Assembly: GCA_027319565.1 (NCBI GenBank)
Contig: DAHVNA010000005.1
Span: 548 to 64,547, forward strand
Direction: 5' to 3'
Length of the DNA stretch: 64,000 nt
Source: Elusimicrobiota bacterium
GTDB lineage: Bacteria; Elusimicrobiota; Elusimicrobia; UBA1565; UBA9628
Shown: piece by piece, positions 9,957-19,668 of the stretch
Position numbering within the stretch: position 1 is the first letter of the stretch
How the letters are laid out: the number at the start of each line of letters is the position of its first letter
Notes under the pieces: model-generated
What the model saw: the letters and a program-made list of their open reading frames with translations, nothing else
Told to the model about the DNA's origin: nothing
Database searches by the model: none
Position numbers and translations under genes: made by a program

Positions 9957-10757
9957 CTACAAAGTTTTAGCCGTATCCGGCTTGACAAAAATTTTTCCGC
10001 TGGAAAAAGAACGCATATCAACGAAGAAATTGCCTTTAACATAGGTCTTAGCGTCCGCCATAACGGCGTTGAGCCTCTTAAGCTTATCCTCCGTCCACTT
10101 AAGATCTCCCCAATCAACTCGGGTTCCGTCATTTAAAGTCAAGAGCCATCCATTGACCAAAGACTGATAGCGCAGACTTTCAATCGGAGACGAAAGCGGC
10201 AAAGACGAAATCTTTTTAAGAAAAGCGGCTATCTGAGCCAAGGCCTTAGGATCCATTTTCGCGTCTAAAATTTTGGGAACAGGATTTTGATACAACTCCT
10301 GCGGGGCTTTAAAAAGTTTCCCCTGTTTATCCAGAAAGCTTGAATTGCCATCCTTCATAACGACGGCGATCGCTTGGCGTAAAACAACATGATAAATTAA
10401 GCTTTGAGAAAAAAAATCTCGCCGGAGATGAACCGATTCCAAAAAGGGAAAATGCGCCAAGATATCCGAGCTTTTATTTTTCCAAGAATGGACGCTTTGG
10501 GATTTAAGAAAAGAAAGAATTTCAGGTTTTAAAGATTCAGGCGCGCCCTCAACCGCCACTGTTTTGGGGGCGGGAATTGACCCGGAAATCGAGTTTTCGA
10601 TCAAGAAAGCGGATTTTTTTAAGCGCGACCAACTTAAAACCAGAGAAGTCCCCAGGACAAACATCGCAAGCACGAACAGAATCTTGCGCTTTCGCGCCTT
10701 CCGCTCTTGCGGCCTTAAAGCCACCTTGAGATTTCTATGCGAAACAGAGCCTTTCAT
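9957..10757 (-). CDS. ftsQ: Cell division protein FtsQ/DivIB (POTRA domain)
   Basis: Basic N-terminus, single TM (ILFVLAMFVLGTSLVLSW), POTRA-like beta region. Position between murB and ftsA. Confidence 0.7.
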   Translation of the reverse strand: MKGSVSHRNLKVALRPQERKARKRKILFVLAMFVLGTSLVLSWSRLKKSAFLIENSISGSIPAPKTVAVEGAPESLKPEILSFLKSQSVHSWKNKSSDILAHFPFLESVHLRRDFFSQSLIYHVVLRQAIAVVMKDGNSSFLDKQGKLFKAPQELYQNPVPKILDAKMDPKALAQIAAFLKKISSLPLSSPIESLRYQSLVNGWLLTLNDGTRVDWGDLKWTEDKLKRLNAVMADAKTYVKGNFFVDMRSFSSGKIFVKPDTAKTL

Positions 10758-11680
10758 AACGAGCGCCCAACGACCTTGATTTCAAGCTCAAGACTCACCC
10801 CCGCCTCCGCCTTGATTTTTTGCTGTATTTTTTCGATCAGATCCAGCACATCCGAGGCCTTGGCGTTGTTAAAATTTTCAATAAAATTGGCATGGACAGG
10901 GGAGACGCGTGCGCCGCCCGAGGATATTCCCTTAAGCCCGGCTTTTTCAATTAACTCCGCGGCAAAAAAACCATTGGGGTTTTTAAAAATAGAACCAATA
11001 TTAAAGGTATGCACGGGCTGAGTTTTTAAGCGTTTTTCTTGATGAACCGCAACGCGCTTCATTATATCAACTTTCTCGCCTTCTCTCAATCGCAAAAGAG
11101 CCGATAAAACCACGCGTCCCGAAAGCCCGCTTGAGCGGTAAGAGAAATTGACTCGGGATGAATCAATGAACTCCGATTTAAAAGAGCGCGGATCGAAAAT
11201 CTCGATATCCTGAATTAAAGCGCCAATTTCAAGATCGCGCGTTCCGGCATTCATCATCACGGCTCCGCCCAAGGTGCCGGGAATGCCAACCAATGGCTCC
11301 GCTCCCCCTAAACCGTGATTGGCCGCGACGGAAATAAACTGGGGAATTCGCACGCCGGCCCCAACGCGGACAAGGCCTTTTTCCAAGAAATCGATCTTTT
11401 CAAAGTCGCCTTTGAGAACAGCCACCACCCCCGCGATTCCACCATCCAGGATCAGCAAATTAGAGCCCCAACCCATGAAAAAAACGGGAATATCCACCTG
11501 CCGGCTAAAGCGCATTAAGGTTTCCAGCTCAAGGCGATTATTGATTTCAAGGTAAGCCTCAGAGGGCCCGCCAATCTTAAAAGTCGTGTAGCGCGCCAAT
11601 GGTTCCCCGAAGCGCGCTTGAGGGAAAATCTTTTTCAGAGCTTCTTTCCAATCCGCTTGCATTAAATACAAGCTTAACAA
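10754..11680 (-). CDS. murB: UDP-N-acetylenolpyruvoylglucosamine reductase
   Basis: FAD-binding PCMH domain (TFKIGGPSEAYLEI, MGWGSNLLI), C-terminal MurB domain. Dcw context. Confidence 0.9.
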   Translation of the reverse strand: MLSLYLMQADWKEALKKIFPQARFGEPLARYTTFKIGGPSEAYLEINNRLELETLMRFSRQVDIPVFFMGWGSNLLILDGGIAGVVAVLKGDFEKIDFLEKGLVRVGAGVRIPQFISVAANHGLGGAEPLVGIPGTLGGAVMMNAGTRDLEIGALIQDIEIFDPRSFKSEFIDSSRVNFSYRSSGLSGRVVLSALLRLREGEKVDIMKRVAVHQEKRLKTQPVHTFNIGSIFKNPNGFFAAELIEKAGLKGISSGGARVSPVHANFIENFNNAKASDVLDLIEKIQQKIKAEAGVSLELEIKVVGRSL

Positions 11681-11850
11681 ATGGGCCTCTTGTAATTCTA
11701 TAGACGGAAATCAAAAAAAGGCAACGTCCCAATCACTACTCAGCTTATCCAGACAATTAAATAGACTGCTTAATATGTATATTAGGAGAAAGGGCGAATC
11801 CTTTTTGAGATTTATTAATCTAAAGGATAGAAGGGCCTTGGAGGCGCAAC

Positions 11851-13380
11851 ATGAATCAGAAAAAAAATTCGGGCTTTTATTTGAGGGGGGCTCTATTCTC
11901 AGTTTCCCTTTTTGTTTTTCCGCGCATTTTGACGGCCGCGACCTGGATGGTTCCCGTCGCGCCTCAGGGGCCTTTTGACCGGGTTTACTATCCGCAAAAT
12001 GCGCCGGTGGGTTCCGACTTAAGTGTCGGGCCGCTTGAATGGACGCAAATGAATCTCGGGGCCGATCACAATGCGGACGTTCCTCTATTAGGGCAAATGC
12101 CGCCGTGGTCTAAAAATGGAGTTTCTTGGAGATTTGCGGAAGCTCGGGCTTGGCCTTTGGAAAACAAAGATCCATTCGGAACCCATATCTACGGCGAAGT
12201 TGAGGCGGGCGCGGTTCAAACTCAGTTTTACGGAAACGCTCTTGGAGTTTCCGTTGTTGATGGAATCCTCTATGCCGAAAGCGATGATATGTTTGCCTAC
12301 GCCTTAAACATGAAAACGGGGCAGTTGATCTGGCGCACGAGTCCGGTGGGAAATCATTTAATGGGAAATCCCATTGTTAAAGGCCGTTTTGTTTATTTGT
12401 CGGCGGGTGGAGTGGGATTTAATTTCGCAAACGTCGTCAAATACGCAAAAACCCCTTACAAAGCCGTTCGAGGAATGGATTTTAGTTATAACGGAATCTA
12501 TGCTTTGGATCGCTTGACCGGCCGTCTTATTTGGCGACATTCAAGCGTGGGCGAAGCCATGCCAACTCCCGCCGTCCATGGAGATGTTCTTTATTTCGCG
12601 ACCGGAAGCGGCTCTGTCCATGCCGTTAACCGCCACACCGGCCAAACAATATGGACGACTCACTTAACGGGAAGCGACAATATGTCGAGTCCCGCCTACT
12701 ATCAAGGCAAACTTTATCTTGCTCTCGCCATTAAACCGCGCCTTTATTGTCTTGACGCCAAGACCGGAAAGGTTTTATGGAAAAACACGCTTCCCGGCGC
12801 GGCCAATACCGGAATGGGAGACGTCTCTCCGGCTGTTTCAAACGGCGTCGTCATTATGGACGCAGTCACTCATCCCAAAATCGTAAGAGGTAAAACGACG
12901 CTAGATCCAGTGATTCGGGCTTTTGATTCTGATTCCGGCGCGCCGCTTTGGACCGCGTCCATGGGACGAGGCCCCAAACCTCCGGCTTTTAAAGGCGGGG
13001 TTCCCATGATTTATGGAGGAGTGGTTTATGTCGGTTCGCCAGTCAACGGAGCTTATCAGGCGCGCGATTTAAAAACCGGAAAACTGTTGTGGAAATGGAA
13101 TAAAATTTCTTCGGCCAGAAGCGCGCCTACCATGGATGACAACATCCTTTATATCGCCGGCGCGGAAAGCGTTTATGCGCTCAATCCGCGAACTGGGAAA
13201 GAAATAGGACACATCAAGATCGGCGGAAGAATGGGAATTGTGAGCCCGACAATCGTTGGGGGGACAATTTATTTGTCCAATACCTGGGATTGGATTGTCG
13301 CGACTCCAAAACAAGATGTTTTAACCTCCAATCAAGAGAAACAGAAACAAACGCAGCCAGCCCAACAGAAAAACAATTAG
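11851..13380 (+). CDS. Secreted PQQ-like beta-propeller repeat protein (BamB-like fold)
   Basis: Signal peptide. Repeated ~40-aa units with G.LYA/G.V.ALD..TGK.LW patterns characteristic of PQQ/WD-like propellers. 509 aa. Confidence 0.7.
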   Translation: MNQKKNSGFYLRGALFSVSLFVFPRILTAATWMVPVAPQGPFDRVYYPQNAPVGSDLSVGPLEWTQMNLGADHNADVPLLGQMPPWSKNGVSWRFAEARAWPLENKDPFGTHIYGEVEAGAVQTQFYGNALGVSVVDGILYAESDDMFAYALNMKTGQLIWRTSPVGNHLMGNPIVKGRFVYLSAGGVGFNFANVVKYAKTPYKAVRGMDFSYNGIYALDRLTGRLIWRHSSVGEAMPTPAVHGDVLYFATGSGSVHAVNRHTGQTIWTTHLTGSDNMSSPAYYQGKLYLALAIKPRLYCLDAKTGKVLWKNTLPGAANTGMGDVSPAVSNGVVIMDAVTHPKIVRGKTTLDPVIRAFDSDSGAPLWTASMGRGPKPPAFKGGVPMIYGGVVYVGSPVNGAYQARDLKTGKLLWKWNKISSARSAPTMDDNILYIAGAESVYALNPRTGKEIGHIKIGGRMGIVSPTIVGGTIYLSNTWDWIVATPKQDVLTSNQEKQKQTQPAQQKNN

Positions 13381-13392
13381 AAGGAAATCGCC

Positions 13393-14295
13393 CTAGTGGA
13401 TTTGAAAGCGATGGGAATAAGTAAAGGAATAGACATTATTCTTTTCCCCACTCCCCACTTCTGTTGCCCAGGCGGGGATATAGGTGAGAGTAAAATTAAG
13501 GGGACGATAGACCACAGAAATTCCGCCGCCGGCGGCGGTGTTGTCAGCGGAACTGGGCAGTAAAGCGCTTCCCGAGCTTGTCGCTTGACTTGTTTGAGCC
13601 GTGGGCGTTCCGCTGACGATATAACCAAAAAGAATCCATCTTAAAAATCCGGTGTTAAACTGCGGGGCAATTCCGGCGTCATATGAAAATCCCTGGGCAT
13701 TATAAATATTTCCAATCCCGGAATCATTTTCCATGAGATTGCGATATCCCATTCCCACCAGAATCGGCAGTCTAAAATTATTTCCCGAAAACGGATCAAA
13801 AACGATGTCGGCATTGGCGAGAGAACCGTTCGAAGTGGCCTTATCACCGCTAAAGTCCGTGCCTGATAAATGCCCGTATCCCGCCATGACGCCGATGCCC
13901 CAGTGATCGGTAAGGCTGTAAATTGCGGAAGTTCCAATTCCTTCGCCATTCATCTTCCAGGTTGAATTAGGCGTTGCTGGACAGGAACCCGAACAACTTT
14001 CAGAAAGAGCATATTGATCATAGCCTGGGGAAACGGAAACATCCAACGCCCCGGAAGAAAGCGGCTTGGTGGGAAGAGAAGAAGCCATCAGGTATCCCAT
14101 CATTTCCTTAATATCCGAAGCGGCGACCGGCGATTGAAAACAAAAAACAATCGCGGCACACAAAATAATTTTCTCAAACAAGTTCAGATGCCAGCGACAA
14201 GAGTTCTGTTCCCCGAGATTTTTCAAGGTATACTCCATTGACAAATAATATAGAAGAATCCTCTCCCCCTTGCAAGAGAGCTCCAACGCATCCAC
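13393..14295 (-). CDS. Putative outer-membrane protein (hypothetical). Start uncertain, possibly Met at 14238.
   Basis: N-terminal hydrophobic signal-like segment (IILCAAIVFCFQSPVAA). Gly/Ser/Tyr-rich alternating pattern suggestive of a beta-barrel. No family match recognised. Confidence 0.5.
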   Translation of the reverse strand: MDALELSCKGERILLYYLSMEYTLKNLGEQNSCRWHLNLFEKIILCAAIVFCFQSPVAASDIKEMMGYLMASSLPTKPLSSGALDVSVSPGYDQYALSESCSGSCPATPNSTWKMNGEGIGTSAIYSLTDHWGIGVMAGYGHLSGTDFSGDKATSNGSLANADIVFDPFSGNNFRLPILVGMGYRNLMENDSGIGNIYNAQGFSYDAGIAPQFNTGFLRWILFGYIVSGTPTAQTSQATSSGSALLPSSADNTAAGGGISVVYRPLNFTLTYIPAWATEVGSGEKNNVYSFTYSHRFQIH

Positions 14296-14387
14296 AAAGC
14301 CCCCGAAAAAAATAGGTCCTTTGACCCAAAGCCATCTGGGCCTTTTGGCCCTGTTGGACTTTTAAAAATTATCTTACACTCAAACAG

Positions 14388-17300
14388 ATGAGAAAAATAA
14401 TCGCTCTGCTTATCACCGCCACTCTCTGCGCGCCTGGTCCTCTTTTCGCTGAAAGTTTAGAAACTTCTTTTCAAGCGGAAACTCCCGCCCAAGTTCTTAG
14501 CCTTACGCAATCTCCTCTTAATATAGAATCCGCGAGTACAATTCCCGCCGATAATTTAAGCCCGGTCGGTTTTGAAAACGGAGAATCTCTCTCAGAAACG
14601 CCTCTTCAACGAATGCATTCTCCCAAAACGCTCAATCGGGTGAGAATTCTTGAACTTAAGCCCGAGACGCCCGCGCTAAAAGAAAAAGCGAGTCCGGTTC
14701 AAAAAATAAAAGGGCGCATCTCTAAAACCATCCAATACGCGAAAAAATCAATCAAGGTTAATCGCCAAAACCTCGCGGGAAATCTCTCTCAATTTTTCGA
14801 TCGCTCGGCGCATTTTTCAAACTACAAAGACTCTCCCGTCATCACCCCCTCTGGAAAAGAAACTCGGTCTTTAAAACCTTGGCAGAAGGCGGGAACTCTA
14901 GCAACGGCGACTGCGTCTCTGACCAAAGTTCAAAGCGCCATCGCAAGTCCTCTCGCGACTCCGCAAAACGCGCCGGTTCAACACTCTCTTTTAACTTCCC
15001 TTTTTAGCGCCAGCGGACTCACTCATCTGGTTCTCACCGCCGCTGCGGTTGTCTTTACTTATTGGGTTTGGAAAAAATTTGGATCCAACTTGCGCCAAAA
15101 AATTTCTGATTGGAAAAATAACAGAAGCAAAAGCTGGAAAGAAAGCGCTCGAAAACAAAAAGAGGAAAATGCGCCCGTTTCCTCTATTACCTTCGCCGAT
15201 GTCGCCGGGCAAGACAAAGCCGTCAGCGAGGTCAGAAAAATCATTTCCGCCTTTGAGTCTCCCTCTAAATATAAAAGCGTGAACGCCCGTTTTAAGCCTC
15301 GAAACGCCTTCCTGCTCGTTGGCCCGCCGGGAACGGGAAAAACCCTCTTAGCCGAGGCTGTGGCCGGAGAACTTAAACTCGACAAGAGTTCTTTTTTCAA
15401 AACCGACGGTTCTTCGTTTATGAACAAATTTGTCGGAGTCGGCCCCGATGCCGTTCGCAAATTTTTTGAGAAAGCGCGAGAACAAAGCAAAAAATCGGGG
15501 AAGCCTTCCCTGATATTTATCGATGAAATCGATGGATTCGGAAACCGCGGCGGAAACGCCGACAGCGGAGCCGACCACGAAAAACAAATGACCATCGGCG
15601 CTCTTCTAACTGAAATGAACAACCTCTCGGGACCGGACTATAACGTTCTGGTCATCGGCGCCACCAACGAATTCGGAAAACTCGACAAAGCTCTTAAGCG
15701 CTCGGGCCGGTTTGGAACGCATATCGCGCTTGAAAATCCCGATCTTCAAGGACGCGAGAGCATCTTGCGCCTCCACACGAAAGAGGCGCGCTTATCCTCG
15801 GATGTCGATCTCCATAAAATCGCGGAAAAGATAACGGGCTTTTCGGGAGCCGACATCGAAGCGGTCGCCCAAAGGGCGACTGAAATCGCCGTTGAAGACA
15901 ATCAAGCCGACTTTATTTCTCAAGCCGATTTTGAAAAAGCGGTCGAAGGCATCAAAGAAAACATCAATCAAAAGGCCAAAGCCGTCGATAGCTCCAACAA
16001 CTCCTCTACGATATCCGTTCAATTTGAGGACCCCGAAACCATGACGACCGGATTTTCCCAGATCGCCGGACAAGACGAGGCTAAAGCGGAAGTCGCGGAA
16101 CTCGTCGAGCAAGTCAAAAATCGGTCGCGCTATCTTGAGATTAACCCGCAATTCCGCCCGCTGCGCGGAGCTCTATTATTTGGACCTCCGGGAACGGGAA
16201 AAACCTTGATGGCCCGGGCGATCGCGAAAGAATCCGGAGCCCTTTTCTTTAAAGTAGACGGAACCGAATTTCTCAAAAAGTTCGTAGGCGAAGGCCCCCA
16301 GGCGGTGCGGGATATTTTCGAGGCCGCGTCCTATGAATCTAAAAGAGAGAAAAAGCCGGCCATCATATTCATCGATGAAATTGACGCCATCGGCCGCGCC
16401 CGAGGTTCGGATCTAAACGGAAGCCAAGACGCCCTGGTCAACCAGCTTTTAACCGCCATTGACGGATTTAAAACCGAAAATAATGTCACCGTCATCGGGG
16501 CGACCAATAAGCCGGAATCTCTCGACCCCGCTTTAACTCGCGGCGGCCGGCTTGAACTTCAAATTCCCATCGGGCTTCCCGATGTCTTGGGGAGAGAAGG
16601 AATTCTCAAGGTCCACACCCAGGGTATCGCGCTGGATTCCAGCGTCAACCTCAGGGAAATCGCGCAACAAACTGCGGGTTTTTCCGGAGCGGATATGGAA
16701 AGCCTGGTCATGAAAGCGACTTCCGCCTCCATTAAACGCGGAGCCAAGGCCCTTTCCGAAACGGATTTTATTTCTTCAATCGATCGCGTCCAGCTGGGAA
16801 TGGAGAGAAAACTCGTCATGCCGGAAGATGAAAAAGAAGTCGTCGCCTATCATGAAACCGGACACGCCCTGGTCTCCCATCTTCTGCCGGACTCCGACCC
16901 CATCCGCAAAGTCACCATCGTCCCGCATGGCCTTAACGCCTTGGGGTTGATGCAAGCGGTCTCCGATGTCGAGAGAAGAATTCAAAGCCGCTCCTATCTA
17001 GTCGCCCGAATGGCGGTCGCCTTGGGCGGAAGAGCCGGGGAAGAACTCCTAAATGAGAGAATTTACGGGAAAAAAGAAAATTTCTCCGGGGCATCCAACG
17101 ATCTTGAGAAAGCGACTGAAATCGCCAGATATATGGTGATGAAATTTGGGATGTCCGACAAAATCGGGTTGGTCAGCTACGGATTTGAAAACGAGCGGCA
17201 AAATCAGAAGCCAATGAGCGAAGAAACTTCCAAGGCCATTGAAGCCGAGGTGAAATCTCTTGTAGAACAAGCCTATCATACGGCGAGAGAGACCCTTGAA

Positions 17301-17411
17301 AACAACTGGGAAACCTTTAAAGCCGCCGCGGAAGAGCTTAAGAAAAAAGAAACTCTCCGCGGGGAAGATTTCGATCGCTTAATTCCCAAGGCCCAAAACC
17401 TCAAAAAATAA
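14388..17411 (+). CDS. FtsH-family ATP-dependent zinc metalloprotease with tandem (duplicated) AAA+ modules: signal peptide, ~200-aa periplasmic region, TM, AAA-1, AAA-2, M41 peptidase
   Basis: Two complete FtsH-type AAA modules, each with Walker A (LLVGPPGTGKTL / LLFGPPGTGKTL), pore loop FVG, Walker B IFIDEID, SRH with Arg fingers and FtsH-type lid (GFSGAD). Then M41 HEXXH (YHETGHAL), GGRAGEE third zinc ligand and GASND motif. 1007 aa. Confidence 0.8.
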   Translation: MRKIIALLITATLCAPGPLFAESLETSFQAETPAQVLSLTQSPLNIESASTIPADNLSPVGFENGESLSETPLQRMHSPKTLNRVRILELKPETPALKEKASPVQKIKGRISKTIQYAKKSIKVNRQNLAGNLSQFFDRSAHFSNYKDSPVITPSGKETRSLKPWQKAGTLATATASLTKVQSAIASPLATPQNAPVQHSLLTSLFSASGLTHLVLTAAAVVFTYWVWKKFGSNLRQKISDWKNNRSKSWKESARKQKEENAPVSSITFADVAGQDKAVSEVRKIISAFESPSKYKSVNARFKPRNAFLLVGPPGTGKTLLAEAVAGELKLDKSSFFKTDGSSFMNKFVGVGPDAVRKFFEKAREQSKKSGKPSLIFIDEIDGFGNRGGNADSGADHEKQMTIGALLTEMNNLSGPDYNVLVIGATNEFGKLDKALKRSGRFGTHIALENPDLQGRESILRLHTKEARLSSDVDLHKIAEKITGFSGADIEAVAQRATEIAVEDNQADFISQADFEKAVEGIKENINQKAKAVDSSNNSSTISVQFEDPETMTTGFSQIAGQDEAKAEVAELVEQVKNRSRYLEINPQFRPLRGALLFGPPGTGKTLMARAIAKESGALFFKVDGTEFLKKFVGEGPQAVRDIFEAASYESKREKKPAIIFIDEIDAIGRARGSDLNGSQDALVNQLLTAIDGFKTENNVTVIGATNKPESLDPALTRGGRLELQIPIGLPDVLGREGILKVHTQGIALDSSVNLREIAQQTAGFSGADMESLVMKATSASIKRGAKALSETDFISSIDRVQLGMERKLVMPEDEKEVVAYHETGHALVSHLLPDSDPIRKVTIVPHGLNALGLMQAVSDVERRIQSRSYLVARMAVALGGRAGEELLNERIYGKKENFSGASNDLEKATEIARYMVMKFGMSDKIGLVSYGFENERQNQKPMSEETSKAIEAEVKSLVEQAYHTARETLENNWETFKAAAEELKKKETLRGEDFDRLIPKAQNLKK

Positions 17412-17454
17412 AGTTCCAGACGGTAGGGCGCTTCCCCTTTTTGTATAATAAGGC

Positions 17455-18129
17455 GTGGATCAGTCTCTTATTTTCAATTATTTAAAGCGCACGCGCATCA
17501 TCGAAGCGCCCAAGTCAACCTTGGCGACCTTTGGGGCGACCCATATTGAGTATCACCTCATCTCTCCCATTGACAACCTTAAGGATAAAACGCGCTTAAG
17601 GCAAGGGGAAGTGGTCAGTTCAAAGCCCCAGATTATTACGCCTCAAAGCCTCTCCGAGAGATTTGAAGGCTTTGGCCCCGAATCGGATGAGTTCGCCAGC
17701 TGGCTTAAATCGAGCTACGGAGAATTTTTAAGAGCGCTGGAATATCAATTTCAAAACAAGGGTTTTTCAGCCCAAGTGATTTCCGAGTCTCCCAAAGAAG
17801 TGGCTACGCGAATTCAACTCGACATTCAATCGCGAAAACTGTCCAACCAAGCCGTCATCAGCTGTCCGGACGCCGCGTGGTCCTTGGCATTGATGAAGTT
17901 TACGCTCGATGAATCGGCCCGCTCTTTTCCCGTTCATCTGCGCGACATGGAACGCCGCGGAATGTTTAACCCGGAAAAATTCCAGGAAGACCGACACCGG
18001 AGGGAAATCGAATCTTTGTTTGAAAAAGCCGCGTCTGGAGACAAAGATATTTTGCCGGTCCTAGGAACGAAATTAAAAGATTATGGGCTTTTCCCGGAAT
18101 ACGAAGACCGCTACCTCAGCTTCTTTTAA
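17455..18129 (+). CDS. Hypothetical cytoplasmic protein
   Basis: 224-aa ORF, TATAAT-like box upstream (gtataat at about 17441). No recognisable motifs. Confidence 0.5.
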   Translation: MDQSLIFNYLKRTRIIEAPKSTLATFGATHIEYHLISPIDNLKDKTRLRQGEVVSSKPQIITPQSLSERFEGFGPESDEFASWLKSSYGEFLRALEYQFQNKGFSAQVISESPKEVATRIQLDIQSRKLSNQAVISCPDAAWSLALMKFTLDESARSFPVHLRDMERRGMFNPEKFQEDRHRREIESLFEKAASGDKDILPVLGTKLKDYGLFPEYEDRYLSFF

Positions 18130-19657
18130 AGCCGCGCTTTTCTCCCTTGTGGGATTATCCCTATTTCCTATCAATGCGCGCGCTCAAATAAGCCCGCAAG
18201 TCATTCAAACGATTCAGGAAGAAAAAAGGCGCCTTGAATCAAATCCACAGCTCATCAAGGCCCTAGCCAAAAGAATCTCCGACTCATCCATTGGAAATAA
18301 AATTTCTCTCTCAAAAAATAGTCTTGAGAGAACCAAAGAAATAGAGGCTTGGCTGCTCAAAAATCCCGAAGCGGGGGCCATTATCGCCTTGGGCATGGCC
18401 GAAGACGACGCTAACGGAAACCATGCCTTTGAAAACAGGATGAGTCAACAACTCAGCCAATTTGAGCCCAATCCCGGAGCGGTCCACAATGCTTATTACC
18501 GGCTTAAACGAGCCAGCCGAACCGAACGATCGATGCTTTCCGATAAAACCATGACTAATGAAGAGAGAGTAGAAATACTCAACAATCTCTTTGAGGGCCG
18601 CGGAAGCGGCTCAAAGGCCATCATTCGCCGGATGCAAAAAAGTTCTTCCAGCCAATCTCCAGCCACGACTTTGACGGGAAACTTCTATAACCGATTGAGC
18701 GCGTCCAACCTCTCCGGTTATTCGCCTAATGTCGCGGCGCTGCAAAGTCAAATGGCCAGGGAAAACGTTCCCGGCGCTCCGCCCTTGGTGGTCACAGGAT
18801 ACCTTGATGGCAAAACCCTCTCTTATCCCGCCTACGCAATGAAATTCGATCTGTCCAATCTCAAATCGCGCCTCACCCAGGAAGAATCTTTGGCCTTGGC
18901 TAAAGAGCTCGGAATTTCCATTTCCGAACAACAAGCGAAAGACCCCGCCACGCTTTCATCGTTATTAGAAAAAGCTCAAAGAAAAGGGGTTTTGCTTCCA
19001 AAAGATTTCCAGATTCAAATGGAAACGCTTTCTCGCGCTCAAAAGGCTATCGAAGCCTTTGAAAAATTCGCGCAACAAGCTCAAAATCCTAAAAAAATTA
19101 CGTTAGGGTTTATCGCTCAATTAGGCAATCTCCAAAGAGAGGCTTCCCGATGGATCAACGCGGCTTTTCTGGAAGAAGAAATCAGCCGCGTGCTTAAAGA
19201 AGAGAAAAGTCTTTCTCCCCAACTTAAAGAAGCGATCGCCGCTTGCCCTGTCTCCGCTCAGGAAAAAGGAGAATATCTCCAGCGCGGGCAAAATTTTTTC
19301 GAGAAACTCAACGCCCTCAATTCAAGCGATTTCAAAGCCTTGACCGATCTTGTCAATCACTGGCCCCAAAAATCCAAGGAAGCCGATCATCTCATGCAAA
19401 AAAGCTCTCAAATGAGACCGCATCTTTTTACGGATGTTGAAGATTTTGTCGCCGTCCCTTATCGCCTCGCTTCCCTTTCTCAACCGGAACCGCGCTGGAA
19501 AAGCTGGGTCAACAAAATCGCCCGCAACTTCTTTTCATGGACCAGCTACGGCGAACAACTGAAAGCTTTGGATTCGCAAAGGAAAACCCTCAAAAATATT
19601 TTCTTAAGCATCGCTATCGGAGACCAAACCGCCGCACGCCGAATGCTCAACCCTTAG
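18083..19657 (+). CDS. Hypothetical secreted alpha-helical protein
   Basis: 524 aa. Signal peptide (ALFSLVGLSLFPINARA-Q). Overlaps upstream gene by 47 nt. No known domain recognised. Confidence 0.55.
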   Translation: MGFSRNTKTATSASFKAALFSLVGLSLFPINARAQISPQVIQTIQEEKRRLESNPQLIKALAKRISDSSIGNKISLSKNSLERTKEIEAWLLKNPEAGAIIALGMAEDDANGNHAFENRMSQQLSQFEPNPGAVHNAYYRLKRASRTERSMLSDKTMTNEERVEILNNLFEGRGSGSKAIIRRMQKSSSSQSPATTLTGNFYNRLSASNLSGYSPNVAALQSQMARENVPGAPPLVVTGYLDGKTLSYPAYAMKFDLSNLKSRLTQEESLALAKELGISISEQQAKDPATLSSLLEKAQRKGVLLPKDFQIQMETLSRAQKAIEAFEKFAQQAQNPKKITLGFIAQLGNLQREASRWINAAFLEEEISRVLKEEKSLSPQLKEAIAACPVSAQEKGEYLQRGQNFFEKLNALNSSDFKALTDLVNHWPQKSKEADHLMQKSSQMRPHLFTDVEDFVAVPYRLASLSQPEPRWKSWVNKIARNFFSWTSYGEQLKALDSQRKTLKNIFLSIAIGDQTAARRMLNP

Positions 19658-19668
19658 GGCATTTCCTC

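Noticed and set aside
15059-15622. 187-aa minus-strand ORF inside the tandem-AAA ftsH
   Set aside because: Antisense to a conserved AAA domain region. Composition mirrors the sense gene.
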